64,000 bases of DNA from assembly GCF_963921235.1 (NCBI RefSeq), contig NC_086097.1, positions 45,076,001-45,140,000 of the forward strand, read 5' to 3'. This stretch comes from Mobula hypostoma. Its lineage: Eukaryota. Shown piece by piece: positions 1 to 13,099 of the stretch (position 1 is its first letter; each line of letters opens with the position of its first letter). The notes under the pieces are model-generated. The model worked only from the letters and a program-made list of their open reading frames with translations, did no database searches and was not told the DNA's origin. The position numbers were made by a program, and so were the translations under genes.

Positions 1-300
1 TAGGACTAGAGGGCAGAGCTTCAGAATGGAAGGATGTTCATTTAAAACAGAGTTGAAGAGGAATTTGTTTAGTTAGAGGGTGGTAAATCTGTGGAATTCA
101 TTGCCAAAAATGGCTATAGGCTAAGTCATTGGGTATATTCAAAACAGAGATTGATAGGTTCTTGATAAGTAAGGGCGTCAAAGAAAGCAGAAGAATGGGG
201 ATGAGAAAAAATAAATCAGCCGTGATTGAATGGCAGTGCAGACTCAATGGGCTGAAGGGCCTAATTCTGCCCTTATGTCTTATCGCATTATGATCTTATA
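1..300 (+). mobile_element. CR1-like LINE, 3' end fragment
   Basis: Reads as the ORF2 C-terminus (TRGQSFR...RVVNLWNSLP), followed by the typical 3' UTR (GGGCTGAAGGGCCTAATTCTGC) and a TCTTATG-like tail. Confidence 0.85.
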
Positions 301-799
301 TTGTTCCCTGCATTCATGAACAGAATCTCACCCAGCAAAATGATTAATGGGAGATGAGTCCCAGGGATAAAAAGAGGCTAGAAACTAGTAAGAATATGAC
401 ATTGGGTAGTTATAGTGAAGCAAGAACATTCAACAGGTAAGGGTGGAATCATAGAACTAGCATTAAATGAGCCACAGTACCATTTGAACATTGGGCTGAG
501 CAATTAGTGCATAAAAATGAATCATACAGGCTAAGCAAGAATTGTCAAACAATCTCCATTATACAACAATTAAGTAAAGCTTCGACGGGAAAAGTGTTGG
601 AAACGTGGGCTTTTATGTGAATAATGAAATGATTGTGATATTTTAGATTTGTAGTGGCCAAAAATAACAATGGAGAAATTCACAGATTAGCAGCACTTTT
701 CAAATGTTTTAAACATATTTATGTTCACAATGTTGGCATTAGGAACTAGAGGCAGGAGTAGGCCTCTCGACTCACTCCTGCCCTGCCATTCAAAGTGGT

Positions 800-2062
800 C
801 ACAATTAGATTGGTCAGACCATACTTGGAATATTGGGAACAGTTTTGAACCCCTTATCTAAGAAAAGATTAGATTAGATTAGATTATGAGGATACGCAGT
901 CCTCGTTTATTGTCATTTAGAAATGCATGCATTAAACAATGATACAATGTTCCTCCAGAAAGATATCACAGGAAACACAGGACAAACCAAGACTAAAAAC
1001 TAACAAAACCACATAATTATAGCATATAGTTACAAGAGTGCAAAGCAATGCCGTAATTTGATAAAGAGCAGACCATGGGCACGGTAAAAAAAAGTCTCAA
1101 GTCCTGATATCCCCATCATCTCACGCAGGCGGCAGAAGGGAGAAACTCTCCCTGCCATGAACCTCCAAGGGCCGCAAACTTGCCGATGCAGCACCATTGG
1201 AAGCACCCAACCGCAGCGGACTCTGAGTCCGTCCGAAAACTTTGAGCCTCCGACCGGTCCTTCGACACAGCCTCTCCGAGCACTTCGACCCCGCCCCGGC
1301 CGCCGAGCAACAAGTAAAGCCGAGGACTCGGGGCCTTCCCCTCTGCAGATTTCGGATCACACAGTAGCAGCAGCAGTGAAGCAGGCATTTCAGAAGTTTT
1401 ACCAGATGTTCCTCCGTGCTCTCATGCCCGTCTCCATCAAATCAGGATTGTGCACGGCATCCTACTTGATAAATAACGGACATCACCACTGGAGTGGCCG
1501 CTGTGAGCTGCGTCGCGCCACCATCTTCTCCTCTCCTCCTATGTGCCAGCATTGGAGATAGTCCAGAGATGGTTCACGAGAATAATCGTGGAAATGACAG
1601 GGTTAACGTATGAGGATTGTAGGATAGCTCTGGGCCTGTACTTGCTGGCATTTAGAAGAATGAAGGGTGGGGCGGGGGAATCAAATTGAAACCTATCAAA
1701 TGTTGAAAGGCCTAGATAGAGTGGACGTGGAGAGGATGGTTCCTATAGTAGGGGACTCTATGATAAGAGGTCACAGACTCACAATAGAAGTTTGCCTGTT
1801 TATAACAGAGATGAGGAAGAATTTCTTTAACCGGATGGTGGTGAATCTGTGGAATTCTTTGCCACAGGTGGCTGTGGAGGACAAGTCACTGGATATACTC
1901 AGAGGTTAATAGTTTCTTGATTAGGAAGGGTATCAAAGGTTACAAGGAGAGGCATGAGAATAGGATTGAGAGGGATAATAAATCAGCCACGATGGAATGG
2001 TAGAGCAGACTTGATGGGCCAGATGGACTAATTCTACTCCCATACCTGATGGACTTATGATC
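800..2062 (+). mobile_element. CR1-like LINE 3' fragment, interrupted by an insertion at ~866-1535
   Basis: VRPYLEYWEQF.TPYLRKD before the insertion; ORF 1667-1909 (IETYQMLKGLDRVDVERM...VVNLWNSLPQ) and the 3' UTR/tail after it. Confidence 0.85.
866..1535 (-). mobile_element. Non-autonomous retroposon (Rex1/L2-like ends) with (TAATC)n tail
   Basis: Minus strand starts GAGAAGATGGTGGCGCGACG and ends with AATAAA plus (TAATC)n. A near-identical 3' part recurs at ~34103-34290. Confidence 0.65.
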
Positions 2063-3449
2063 TTTGTTTGATTTGCCAAGGCCTCATTTCCATTTTTTAT
2101 CCTCATTTCCTTGACCTTTCAAAGATGGGCCAACTGTCTCTTTAAATTCCCCCAATGATCTATCTTCCACAAACATCTGAGATAGAGATTTTCAGAGAAT
2201 CACAAGTCTCAGTGATAGTAAGTTTCTACACACCTCAGTATTAAATGACTGCACCCTAATCTTGTAAGATTGTTCCCTTTTCTAGATTCTCCCCATGAGT
2301 GAGTGGAATGTCCTTGCCATCTTATGTGCTTCAACAAAATCACTTGTCTTCTCTCTTGATTTAACAGACTGATTTAATGCACTTACACTAAAATTTAAAT
2401 ACATTTGATTAATAGGACCAAATCCAATTAGATTCAATTTCATATAAATGATCAATGCACCCTACTAAGAACAAATCTAGTTTCTTAGAATATTGTCTAA
2501 GGTCCATATTCTGGAGTACCCTCCCTAAAGTGTGAAACTTCAATATCTCTCTTTCATCTTTTGAAAATCTCCTTAGAACCACTTTTTGATCAAATTTGTT
2601 CTTTTTGGCATGACACTTTTTTTTTACTGAAATATTTTGCAAAAGGAAGCATTTATGGTAACCACAGATTTTTATCAACTCTGAATGCAGCAGTAAAGTA
2701 GTGGTAGTTTGATCCAATACTAATGATTTTGGCAATGTATGATATGATAAATGTACCCAGTGTACGTGTTTGCAGTGATCAGAATAGATGCAAGTACAAA
2801 ATGTGCAGAAAGGAGAAAATTAGCCAAGAATAATTACGGAAATAGGATGTCCATGATAAAGTGAGCTGCTTAGACTGAATGTTTTGAGCTTGTTACAGAA
2901 CACACTGATGAAAAATAGAAACTGTGCTAAAGGGTTCTTACTTAAATGTGAACTGATATGGTTTTAGAACAGTGTAAGAGCAGAAGTGACAAAATACATA
3001 ATTGTTAGTTAAAAGTAAAATCTGTTTACTAGTCAGAGTATGATAAAGTCATGAGAAAATAATACCACTGCATTATTGTTTATGATGTATTGCATTATTG
3101 AAAGGAATTGAATTCCTAATATAATGACATTTTTCATGTTTATTTGCAGTTTTACTAAATGCTAGACATGATCATTTGAAAGGACATTTCAGACATGGTA
3201 GCTTTCATAAAATTGGACTGAAAGCTAAGTGCATCTTTCAATCAATATATCATTTCACGGAGGATTCCACGACTGAAAATCTTCCAACAGAAGTTGCATA
3301 CTCCAGAATCCACAAAAAGGCCTGTCTCACTCATAACATCCCTTATAAAATGGAGGTGTATTGCTGGTTTCAAATGATTGCAGTGACCAGACTGAAGAGA
3401 GGTAACGCACACAGTGAGATCAGAGTGTTCTCCATGATAACCATGTGTT

Positions 3450-3830
3450 CGCGTGTTTGTATTAATCAGAATAGATTCTGCAGTTACATTGGCCTGTTGG
3501 AATATTACGCTACATTCCTCTTCTACTTTGGAAAGTAAGGAGGGTTTAGAACTGGAGTCACTGTTTGATAATAAAGGGTCATCCAGTTAAGACAGCGATG
3601 AGGCAATTTAATTTTCTTTTCTGTAGAATGGTGAGTCTTGGAAGACTGTTCCTCCAAGAGCAGTGGATGCGGAATCTTTGACTATAAGGGATAGACTGCT
3701 AAAAAAATTGATGAGCAAGGGTGAAAGTTTGCAGAAAAGTAGAGCTGAGATTGCAGTCCGGTCAGCCACAACTTATTAAATGCTGAAGCAACTTAAGGAA
3801 TCTGGAGGCCCTCTGTTGCTCCTAATTCAT
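3450..3830 (+). mobile_element. Old degraded CR1-like 3' fragment
   Basis: Remnants such as GGTCATCCAGTTAAGACAGCGATGAGG, GCAGTGGATGC, GGTCAGCCAC and GCTCCTAATTC match CR1 3' ends elsewhere in the window. Confidence 0.5.
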
Positions 3831-4744
3831 GAGTTGATATGGTGGTATAGATCCTACTTTGGATTTCTTGTTGCTGACTCTTGATTTTCAAGTGTAGAAA
3901 ACCTGCTGGAGTATGAACAACAAGGTATTCCAAGTTTCTGTTGATCATTCAGCTTGACTTTGGCTGAGAATTTTTAATGCAGAATGCCACTTCACTGACT
4001 TTTCTGTTAGTTTTAATCTTAAAAATAGTTTCAAAGGAACAGCTGAAAGTAATCTAGAGGAGGAAAAAGGGCATGGATTGTCAGAAGCGAAAACCTGAGG
4101 AAATTTGAAATTGCTCGAAATATGGATGAAAATCAACAACTTTATTTGGACTTTATTTACATATTTTAGTGACTTTGGTTGCTGATACTGATAAACTAAT
4201 GAAGTGGCAACTATCAAGATAACCTTTTACTGATGGAATAGAACAACATTGTATTTTTGCTTAATTGGTGGATCTCCAGTAAATTAATATGCATTCTTAC
4301 AAAGAGGTAGTTGTTGTCAGACAATCATTTTTAGATGACTCAGACTTCTGTTTGTCTGTTCTGATGTGATAGTAAAACAGAAATGTCAACAATTGATCAA
4401 CAGATGAACATTGGAATATATTTAAAGAACAATTTAGGAAAATACAGTACCAGTATACAGTATATGCCTACAATTAAATAACCATTGCTAACTTGAGAGC
4501 ATAAATCTTAAAAAAGCTTTCATAAATGCCTAAAATTATGTTAATTTAGTTAAATAGTGAGAAATTTAGAATTCAACAGAGAGCCACAGACAGCACAGCC
4601 TCTCAGAAACTTCTGCCTCATCTCAAAGGTTTAAAGTGAAGGCTAGCAGGAGGGTTCAGACAAACCAGCTCTTTGTGCAATCAGAGCAGATCTCTGCCCA
4701 TGTTGTACAGTTATGACTTTTTGGTAGATGGTGACAATTGTGTC

Positions 4745-5336
4745 GGTTCCTTAAGGTTGTTTTAGCCGGGGGTCATAATGGAGACAAGCTCTCACTACCT
4801 ATTAAATGCTCCTGATGGTATGCGCCTCAAGTAGCCTCTTACAACCAAGTCCAGCTCCTGGCCTTCACGTGTGGCTTAGCTACTAAGCCCTGCAGAACTG
4901 TTTCTACTGACAGGAAAAGGGGCAAAGGTGGGTTACTGGTGCCTTAAAACCAGTCACTTCAGGCAGATGGGGCTCATCAGCCATGGTTTGGCAGCTCATC
5001 TAGGAGAAGAAAAACTCCGATCTCAAGCCTCCACTGCCTTATGGCTATACCCACTCATGGGGAAGGCTTTGGGAGTAAATCTTGAGGGAAAAACCCAAAG
5101 CTGGATTCCCTAAAGCAGTCCTACATTGAATTCAATGCTTACTGGCAACTCCCGCGACGCTTCTTCTACCAAACTGTATTGGTCTCTGCCGTTCCTTCGG
5201 GTTCATTAGAGATGGGGAACTTGCTACATGGGTAACAGCTTGCTCTCCATTATCATACTGTCCAGCTTGCGTATCTAGACAGTTATGATGCAATATCTAT
5301 GGTCAATTCTGACCGACGGAGGCCTCAGATTCAGAT
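4745..5336 (+). mobile_element. RTE-related non-autonomous element with 9-bp TSD
   Basis: AATTGTGTC is duplicated at 4736-4744 and 5337-5345. The insert is non-coding, resembles RTE 5' UTRs and ends in (TCAGAT)2. Confidence 0.6.
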
Positions 5337-5599
5337 AATTGTGTCTGCAGTCCTGCTGAAGAGAGATGAATTCACATATTGTGCTGCAGAGCTATCTGCC
5401 GATGTGCAGCATTTCTCTGTTTGTGGAGAACTGCTGCCTGTGGATATGCAACACCCTCGTGCTTCAGAGCTCGTGGAGCTGCTCATAGATTGCTCCTAAT
5501 CACCACGTGCATTATGAACAGCAGCCTCTCATGACTGGTATATCTCTGCCCAATTATGACATTAAGCAGCTCCTGTATGGCAAGAATCAGGTCTTTGTG

Positions 5600-6320
5600 C
5601 CCCATGGCAGCTATCACCTGAACCCAGTTGATGCTGAGATACTGGTGAACCCTTGCAAAGTAAAGCATCACCTCTAACATGAAGGTTACAGCAGGATTCC
5701 TCCATACTCATTGTCATCTCTTGCATTTTGATAGAGCAAGAGGCTTGACAGCTCTGTAACTGTGCATCTGACTCAGATTTGTCACAAAAACATCCTGGTC
5801 AGGTCTATCTAGATTATCCAGGGCAGTACAAATGTTTAAACAATAACATGCCGCAAGTGGGCTATCAGGAAAAATACACAATGTGCTCATCATCATTATT
5901 AGTGTTCTGTTGCCCTCCCTTCATTCTTCCTTCTCACTCCATCTCCTCCAGTTGATGTTCTGGTGAGTGATAAGCAGATTACTTCTCCTCATAACCTACA
6001 AAGGTAAAACAGGTGCACATATAGCTTGTAGCCAACAATAAGGATACAGGCCACATAGTCATCCTAGAGCCATAGAATTGTACAGCATGGAAACAGGTCC
6101 ATTCGCCCACCACAACTGCGCCAACCAGCATATCTATCCATAGCAGTTTCATTTGCATTATTAATTCAACATCATTCTATGTCCTGTTCATTCATGCAGC
6201 TGTCTAGACAGCTTCCTTTGCCTTTGAAGAAGCCTGCACCTTGGTAGCCTCTCTACTGAAGAGGCAGAAAACTGTCTCTCCCAGCTTGGTCAGATGTTGC
6301 ACTTGAGGCTTTCTTCCTCT
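5600..6320 (+). mobile_element. Possible very decayed Harbinger/PIF transposase remnant
   Basis: Scattered motif-like peptides (KVTAG; G..K.HN.LI; CLD) in plausible order, but broken by stops and frameshifts. Confidence 0.25.
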
Positions 6321-6817
6321 CATTGGGTAATTCCGGTTACACTGGAGAAGATGGATGTCATTAAGTTACCGTTCATTATCCCACCTTTGAGGGACTCACC
6401 TCTATGTGTGCATGTTTATGCCTGTGTGTCTGGTGTCTTGGTAAATGTGACTATATTTCAGCAGTTTGTTGTGCCCTTCTGCATATTGCCTTTAGGATTA
6501 GGACAGTACTTACCAACAAGACAATGCCAGTGCATCTATTCACTGTTTAAATCAGTGATGCATTCATCTTACTACTGACAGTTTTCATCCAGTCCTTCTA
6601 GTCTTTCAAATGCATTCAGATATGATGGGCAAGTCCTGGTGTGATTGAAAGATTCAACAGGCTTACACTGAGAGCTGGTTGACAAAAGACACCTGAAGCC
6701 TGGTTACAGACAAAGTTGTGTTTTTAAAATGAGTTTATTAGTTGAACAGTGAGAGATAGTGGCAGGGAAATCCCATCACCTTGAAAAAGATTCCAGCATC
6801 TGCAGTCTCTGCACAGT

Positions 6818-7105
6818 AGAGTAGTGGGTAGCACAATCCTTTACAATCCTCAGGTGTAAGATCAGGGTTCAATTCCTGCCACTGTCTGTAAGGAGTTTGT
6901 ATGTTCTCCCCGTATGGGTTCCCTCCCACATTCCAAAACCATACAGTTAGGATTAGTGAATTGTGGGCATGCTATGTGGGCACCAGAAACGTGGTGACAC
7001 TTCTGGGCTGCCCAGCACAATTTGATCTGATGCAAACAGCACACTTCACTGTACGCTTCGATGTTTTGATGTACATGTGACAAATAAACCTAATCTAACC
7101 TAGTC
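6818..7105 (+). mobile_element. tRNA-derived SINE
   Basis: B-box-like GGTTCAATTCC, core CTGTAAGGAGTTTGTATGTTCTCCCCGT, 3' AATAAA and short-repeat tail. Confidence 0.75.
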
Positions 7106-7214
7106 TTTCATCTACAAATTCCACGGGGAGCTTTGACTGTCATCAGCTGGTGTGTAAAATACAAATGTTATCATTTTCATAATTTTCTAAGGCAAAAAAA
7201 CATTTTATTAAGAA

Positions 7215-7675
7215 AAAGGATCCAGTGTTTTCCCGGCGTATATGATGAATGAACACTTCTAGGGCTTCCTGCCGGGTACAGGTCTCGATTTTAACTGATG
7301 GTTTGATGACAAACTCTGCCATCTTCATCAGGGATGATGCCTGGGCATGTCTAGTCCAGTGGTATATGGCCATTATGAATGCAATGTTCTGTGAATACTG
7401 ATTTCTCCGGGTAACCCAAATGGATACACCTCCTGTGCGCCTTGATGTGGGTTTCCACAGTGCATCCCATCTGGCCAATATACGCTGTTCCACATTCACA
7501 GGGAATCCTGTAAACACCAGCCCTCCTGAGTCCCAGGTCATTGTTGACCTGCATAAGCTGTGATTTGAGCTTCCTTACGGGTTTGTGGATGGTATTAATC
7601 TGGTATTTCTTCAGGATCCTGATGATCCTTCCAGAAACCATGGAAATATAAGGAAGACAGATGGTAGTGACGGTT
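7215..7675 (-). mobile_element. Penelope-like element (Poseidon-type) GIY-YIG fragment with degenerate hammerhead
   Basis: ORF 7351-7641 contains GVYRIPCECGTAYIGQ (GIY-YIG). The minus strand at ~7295-7333 reads CCCTGATGAAGATGGCAGAGTTTGTCATCAAACCATC. Confidence 0.8.
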
Positions 7676-8864
7676 AAAGAACATGGATGGCTCAGCCGAG
7701 TGACACTGTGAGACGTAACACTCTCAAAACTAGGACTCCACGATTAGCACTTATCAGGCATGTGTTTAAATATTGCAAGTAACACGAAGTCCCCAAGCCT
7801 ATCAAAATAAACTTACCAAGTTTATACAGAGAACATCAACGGACCGTGTTGCAAAGAGCCAGTTGCTTGAGAAAAACATGCAAAATTCTAAACGATTAAC
7901 AGCTGTCATCAAACAATAATTAACTGATACTCATTACATTACACCCCCACCCCAGTGGTCAGCACCTGATAGCTGAGCTGGTCTTTGAGGAGAACATGGA
8001 AATTCTTGAGACAGGGAGAACTTTTAATAGTCCTCAGAGACCTGCAGGGCCATGGGAGACCCTGACAACCTCAAACAGAGACTCAGAACATGACCTTGAG
8101 AAACTCAGAATGTTGACAAGAAGAGCTCAGAACATGGACTTGAGAAAGTCCGAGTGTAGGCTGAGACACTCAGAACGTAAGCTCACAGTGTAGGCTTATG
8201 AAGCTCAGAACGTAGGCAAGGTAAATTCAGAATGTGGACTCAAAGCATAGACTTGAGAAATTCAGCTAGACTAGACAGTAGATGGCATTCTCAATTAAAG
8301 CTGACCGATGTCAAAATGCCACTGTTCAGCTTCTGCTGGGTCCATTACTTGGCGTGGTCCTTCTGTCATGATGTGCACTGGCGAAGTCGGAACCAAGGTG
8401 CTGAGGAAGGACAGGCTCCAACGTACAATGACAAGAGTTTATTCATGAACATTCCAACAGAACATCAGTGGCTTGGCTGAGCAACACTAGGACCCCACGA
8501 TTAGCACTAATTGGGCATCCACTTAAATAATACAGAGAAACAAGGAATCCCTGAGCCTATCAATATAAACTTAACAAGTGTATACAGAAAGCGCCAGGAG
8601 ACCGCATTACAAAGAGCGAGGCACTTGAGAAAAATGCAAGGAACTCTAAGCAATTAACGACTTTTATTATTAAACAACAATTAACTAATTCAGGTGCTCT
8701 TAAAAGCCTCACAGCCCAATGCTCTCTGGTTCCCATACAGGCCTGAAGTGCTTGTTACCACTCCCACTCAAGATGAGATCTATCCCAGAAAGATCCCAAT
8801 GGATCAAGCAGTTATTTGTATTGGGAATTTTCACTTTAAGAACTCTCTAACCCTGACCGTGATA
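7675..8864 (-). mobile_element. Internally deleted Tf1/sushi-like Gypsy LTR element
   Basis: Two related LTR-like direct repeats (~7675-7943 and 8364-8864), a purine tract GGGGTGGGGG on the minus strand at 7944-7953, and a gag-like start ATGGACCCAGCA (MDPAE) at 8345 just inside the 5' LTR. Confidence 0.65.
8070..8270. repeat. Degenerate ~20-bp minisatellite inside the LTR element
   Basis: About 8 imperfect copies of GAAACTCAGAACRTRGRCTTGA. Confidence 0.75.
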
Positions 8865-9749
8865 GGAGATTACAAAGGCAAGATCATGCCCTTTTGCCTT
8901 CATGGAATTTATGTACAGTAACATATACGAGATCTTGAATTCAGGAATTTAATTTAATAACATGTAATACATTGCAAATTATGCATGTTAGAATATTTCT
9001 TCATTATGGCCTCAATTAAACCTGTTCCAGGTCCTCTTCACAATAACCATTTCAATTTCACTTTTGCATATGAATGATTTCTGTATTTTTATATCTGCTC
9101 TTTCCTTGCAGGTATCCATTAGCAACCAGCTTGTGATTTTGACTCCACCTTCATTATGATTGCAATGTTATGTTCATTGGCCTCTACATTGATCCAGTCT
9201 AAAACTTCAGTATTTAACTTATGGCTTTGCACCTTATGAGCTGGCCTGCTATGATAAATCCCCTTTTAAAACCAGAAGATTAAAGCCTATTGCTTTCTAC
9301 TATCTCTATCTGAGATGCAAGTAAGCTTTCTTGGTGATCTAGATATTTGATAGAAGGGTTAGCAGAGTATCAAAAATAAATTTAAATCATTTTCAAAGAG
9401 CTATCAGGGAAGGGTTGGATTTAGTCATCTAGTGAATAGAGATTAGACCACAAGGCCACAAGACATAGGAGCAGAATTAGGCCATTCAGCCCATCGAGTC
9501 TGCTCCACCGTTGTGGCATGAACTGAAAACAAAGACTTCTGTTAACCTAGTAATTAGTTGAAAAATACTTCTCATTGAGTGAAAGAAGGAATGCACTTCA
9601 GTGACCAAGTTTAATTATTAATACAATTTATACCTTGGAACAGATTGGAACAGAAGAATAAAATAGATTTGCTACAGATAAGGACAATGTGACATCTCAC
9701 ACACTGATATCCATGGTTGACTTCTCAAGCAGCTATTGTATAACTGAAT

Positions 9750-10990
9750 ACATGACTTTGTGAGGACAGATCGTGCCTCATGAACCTGGCTGAATTCTTC
9801 AAGAAAGTGGTGAAACAAATTGATGAAGGTGGAGCAGTGGATGTGGTGTATATGGATTTTAGTAAGGCATGTGACCACAGTTCCTGTGGTAGTCTGATTC
9901 AGAAAGTCAGGGAGCATGGTGTCCAGGTAAATTTGACTGCGTGAAGTCAGAATTGGCCTGATCACAGAAGGCAGAGGGTGGCAGTAGATGGAGCGTATTT
10001 AGGCTTGAGGTCGGTGACCAGTGGTGCTCTGCAGGCATCTGTTTTTGGACCACGACTCTTTATGCTTTTTTAAAGCATCTTAGATGAGGAAATGGAAGTG
10101 TGAGTTAGTAAGTTTGCAGATGATAGGAAGGTTAGTGTTGTTGTGGATAGAGTAGAAGTTTGTTGTAGGTTACAACAGGACATTGATACGATACAGAGCT
10201 GGACTAAGAGGTGGCAGGTGGAGTTCAATCCAGAAACGTGTGAAGTTTTAAACTTTGGAAGATCAAACTTGAAAGCAGAGTACAAGGTTAATAGCAGGAT
10301 TTTTATCAGCGTACAGGAACAGAGAGACTTTGGGGCCCACATCCATAGATCCCTCAAAGTTGCTGCTCAAATTGATAGTGTGGTTAAGAAGGTGTAAGGA
10401 GTGTTGGCCTTCATTAGTCATGGGATTGATTTTAAGCGTTGCTTGATAATATTTAAGCTCTATAAGACACCACATTTGGAACATTGTGTTCTGTTCTGGT
10501 TACCTCATTATAGGAAGGATGTGGAAGCTTTAGAGAGGGCACAGAGGAGATCTACCAGGATGAATGAGAGAACATGTCTTATGTGGAAAAGGTTAGTAAG
10601 CTAGGGTTTTTCTCTTTAGAGGAAAGGAGGGCGAGAGGTGATTTGAAAGAATATGTAGAATGATAAGAGGCATAAATAGAATGGACAGCCTATGCCTTTC
10701 TCCCAGGGTGGAAATGGCTAACACAAGGGGGCATCATTTTAAGGTAATTGGAGGAAAATATAGAGGGGTGGGTCTGAAGTAGGTTCTTTACACAGAGAGT
10801 GGTGCATGCATGGGATGTGCTGCCAGGGTTGGCGATAGAGATAGATACATACGTTACATTTAGGAGACTCTTAAAGAAGAATGGCGGGCTATGTGGGAGG
10901 GAAGGGTTAAATTGATCTTAGAGTAGGTGAAAAAGTCAGCACAATAATTTGGGCTGAAATGCCTGTACTGTGTTATATTCTATGTTCTGT
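9750..10990 (+). mobile_element. CR1-like LINE RT/3' fragment
   Basis: DVVYMDFSKA, SKFADDRKV, LQQDIDTIQSWTKRWQVEFNPETCEVL, LEHCVLFWLPHYRKDV, then the CR1 3' UTR. Confidence 0.9.
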
Positions 10991-11034
10991 GAAAGTCTGG
11001 GAGTTCATTAGAAACAGTAGATTAAAGACCGAAG

Positions 11035-11355
11035 ATTAGTGCTTTATTTGTATGCACAAGGGAAAATAGAAACATACAGTAAATGTATTGTTTGCATCAA
11101 CGCCCAACATCCAAGGATATGCTGAGGCAGGTCACAAATATCACCATGTTTCCAGTGCCAATGAAGCGTGCCCACAACTTCCTAACCATAATTGTATGTC
11201 TTTTGAATTGGGAGGAAACCAGAGCACCTGGAGGAACCCACACGGTCAGGGGGAGGTGTAAATCTCCTGACAGACAGTGGAGGGAATTGAATCCAGATCT
11301 TCTGATTGCTGGTGTTGTAAAGCATTATGTTAACCACCACACTACCATGCCAGCC
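11035..11355 (-). mobile_element. tRNA-derived SINE
   Basis: Reverse complement of the SINE core (GGGAGGAAACCAGAGCACCTGGAGGAACCCACACGGTCA) and B-box (GGGAATTGAATCC). Confidence 0.75.
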
Positions 11356-13099
11356 TTTAGCTATTTAAGGGAATTTTTGTCTTATTAAAAGGCATTTTCT
11401 TTAGTCTGTTAAATAACAGTTGCATTTTGGATTTTAAACATCTATTCTTCTGGAACTAAGGGAATCCCAGTCAATTATGGAATTTACCAATTTCCTGACG
11501 TCACCAATCCAGATGCAGATACTCAGAAAAGTAGTTGGCCAAAACAAGGAAAGTAGTGAAGAGGACAGAAGCTTCTGAAATTAGTACTGATTCAATGTAG
11601 CTGACAATATACCCTCTGGTGGTTGTTTTGTGCAGTGTTTTATTTTTAGCCACATTCACTATGGAGTACTCTGTTATCAAGGTTTAATTCAGCACACATT
11701 GTCCATTTCTTCTCATTTAAAAGGGAATTTGTGTAAAAGTAAAAATTTCTTAATATGTTGTAAATTGTGATACTCGTCACTTGTATTGAGAAGGTCTGCT
11801 ATATCAAAAGCTGTTAAATGACAGCTGTTAAACAGAACAATGTGTGGCTTTGATTTAAAACAGCTTCACAGGAACCAGGCCCAAACAACTGTCTTCACCC
11901 TTGACCCAGATTGCTCTCAGTGGAAAAAGGCATGGCAAAAACGTCAGAAGATTCAAAACAGTTCTCCTAGAGGGATAAGTAATCAAACTGGAGAATGGTT
12001 CCCCAAAGTATAGAACCATACAGCTTGGACACAGGTCCCATGGTCCACCAAATCTGTGTTATCTATCAAGTACTATTTTGAGAACAGCAAGAACTGTAAA
12101 CTATTTATCAAAGGCAATCCAGCATTCAGACAAATTAACTAACTTGTGACAGAGTTCTATTAAACTGTTTTCCCCCATATCCCTTAACATTTTGTTTATC
12201 AAGCATTTGTCTGTCTCAGATTTAAAATATTTACTTCAATTTCTGTTTGCAGAATAGAGATCTAAATCCCTACTACATTCTGTATGTAGAAGAGTTTTCT
12301 CAATTCACTCTTGAGAGATATGGCTCTAATTCCTAGATTATGTTTCCTCGTCCTGGACTTGCTAAGCAACATAAATACTTCCTCTCCAGCTACTCTGTCA
12401 TTTCATCTTAACCTCTTGAAAACTGAATTCAAATCAACATTCCCAACAAATACAATTCTAATTTCTAAGATGACTCCCTTTAACCTAACCGGCAGTATTC
12501 AGTTATCCGCTCTACTCCCTCTAAAACTAATAAATGGCTTCCAAGATGTAATGTGCAGAACTACTCAGAATACATCAGGAGTTCTCTAATCATGGATTTC
12601 TGCAACTGTAGAATGACTTCTTTCCCCTTATACCGCTGCCTTGTAGCTAAAATTTATCTTCAATTGGGCTTTTGATTATTTTTATATGTTTCCTTTTTTA
12701 TTAGGGTTTTGAGGTCTGAGTTTCATAGACAAGACTAGAATGTATTACCTTACCTTAACAGCCCTTCAAAAGATGGTGGTAAGTCTCCTTCTTGAACTAC
12801 AACAGTTCTTTTTGGTTAAGATGCTCCTATGATGCTGTTGGGTTAAGTTTTCCTGGATTTAGATCTGGCAACAGTAAAGAAATGGTTACAGACTTCCAAA
12901 TCGTATTGTTGGTTGAGTGGAGGGGAAACTGCAGAGTGCTGTTCTCATGGTCCAGCTGCTCACATCCTCCTTGGTGGCAGAGATTGTGGGTTTGGGCCCA
13001 GGTGAGTAGATGTGTGCACTGCTGTCAGAGTATGCAGTTGTGAAGCGGTTCAGACAAAGATATCTCTTCTCTGGTCCTCACCTTCCATCCAACGGGCCT

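Noticed and set aside
1116..1561. Overlapping ORFs in a GC-rich stretch, or a CpG-island promoter
   Set aside because: They lie within a repeated retroposon inserted in a CR1; the ORFs reflect GC content.
3176..3538. 120-aa plus-strand ORF
   Set aside because: No recognisable domain or splice support, and it overlaps decayed repeat sequence.
8070..8270. CRISPR-like array
   Set aside because: Eukaryotic context, degenerate units without unique constant-length spacers, and no cas genes; it is a minisatellite.
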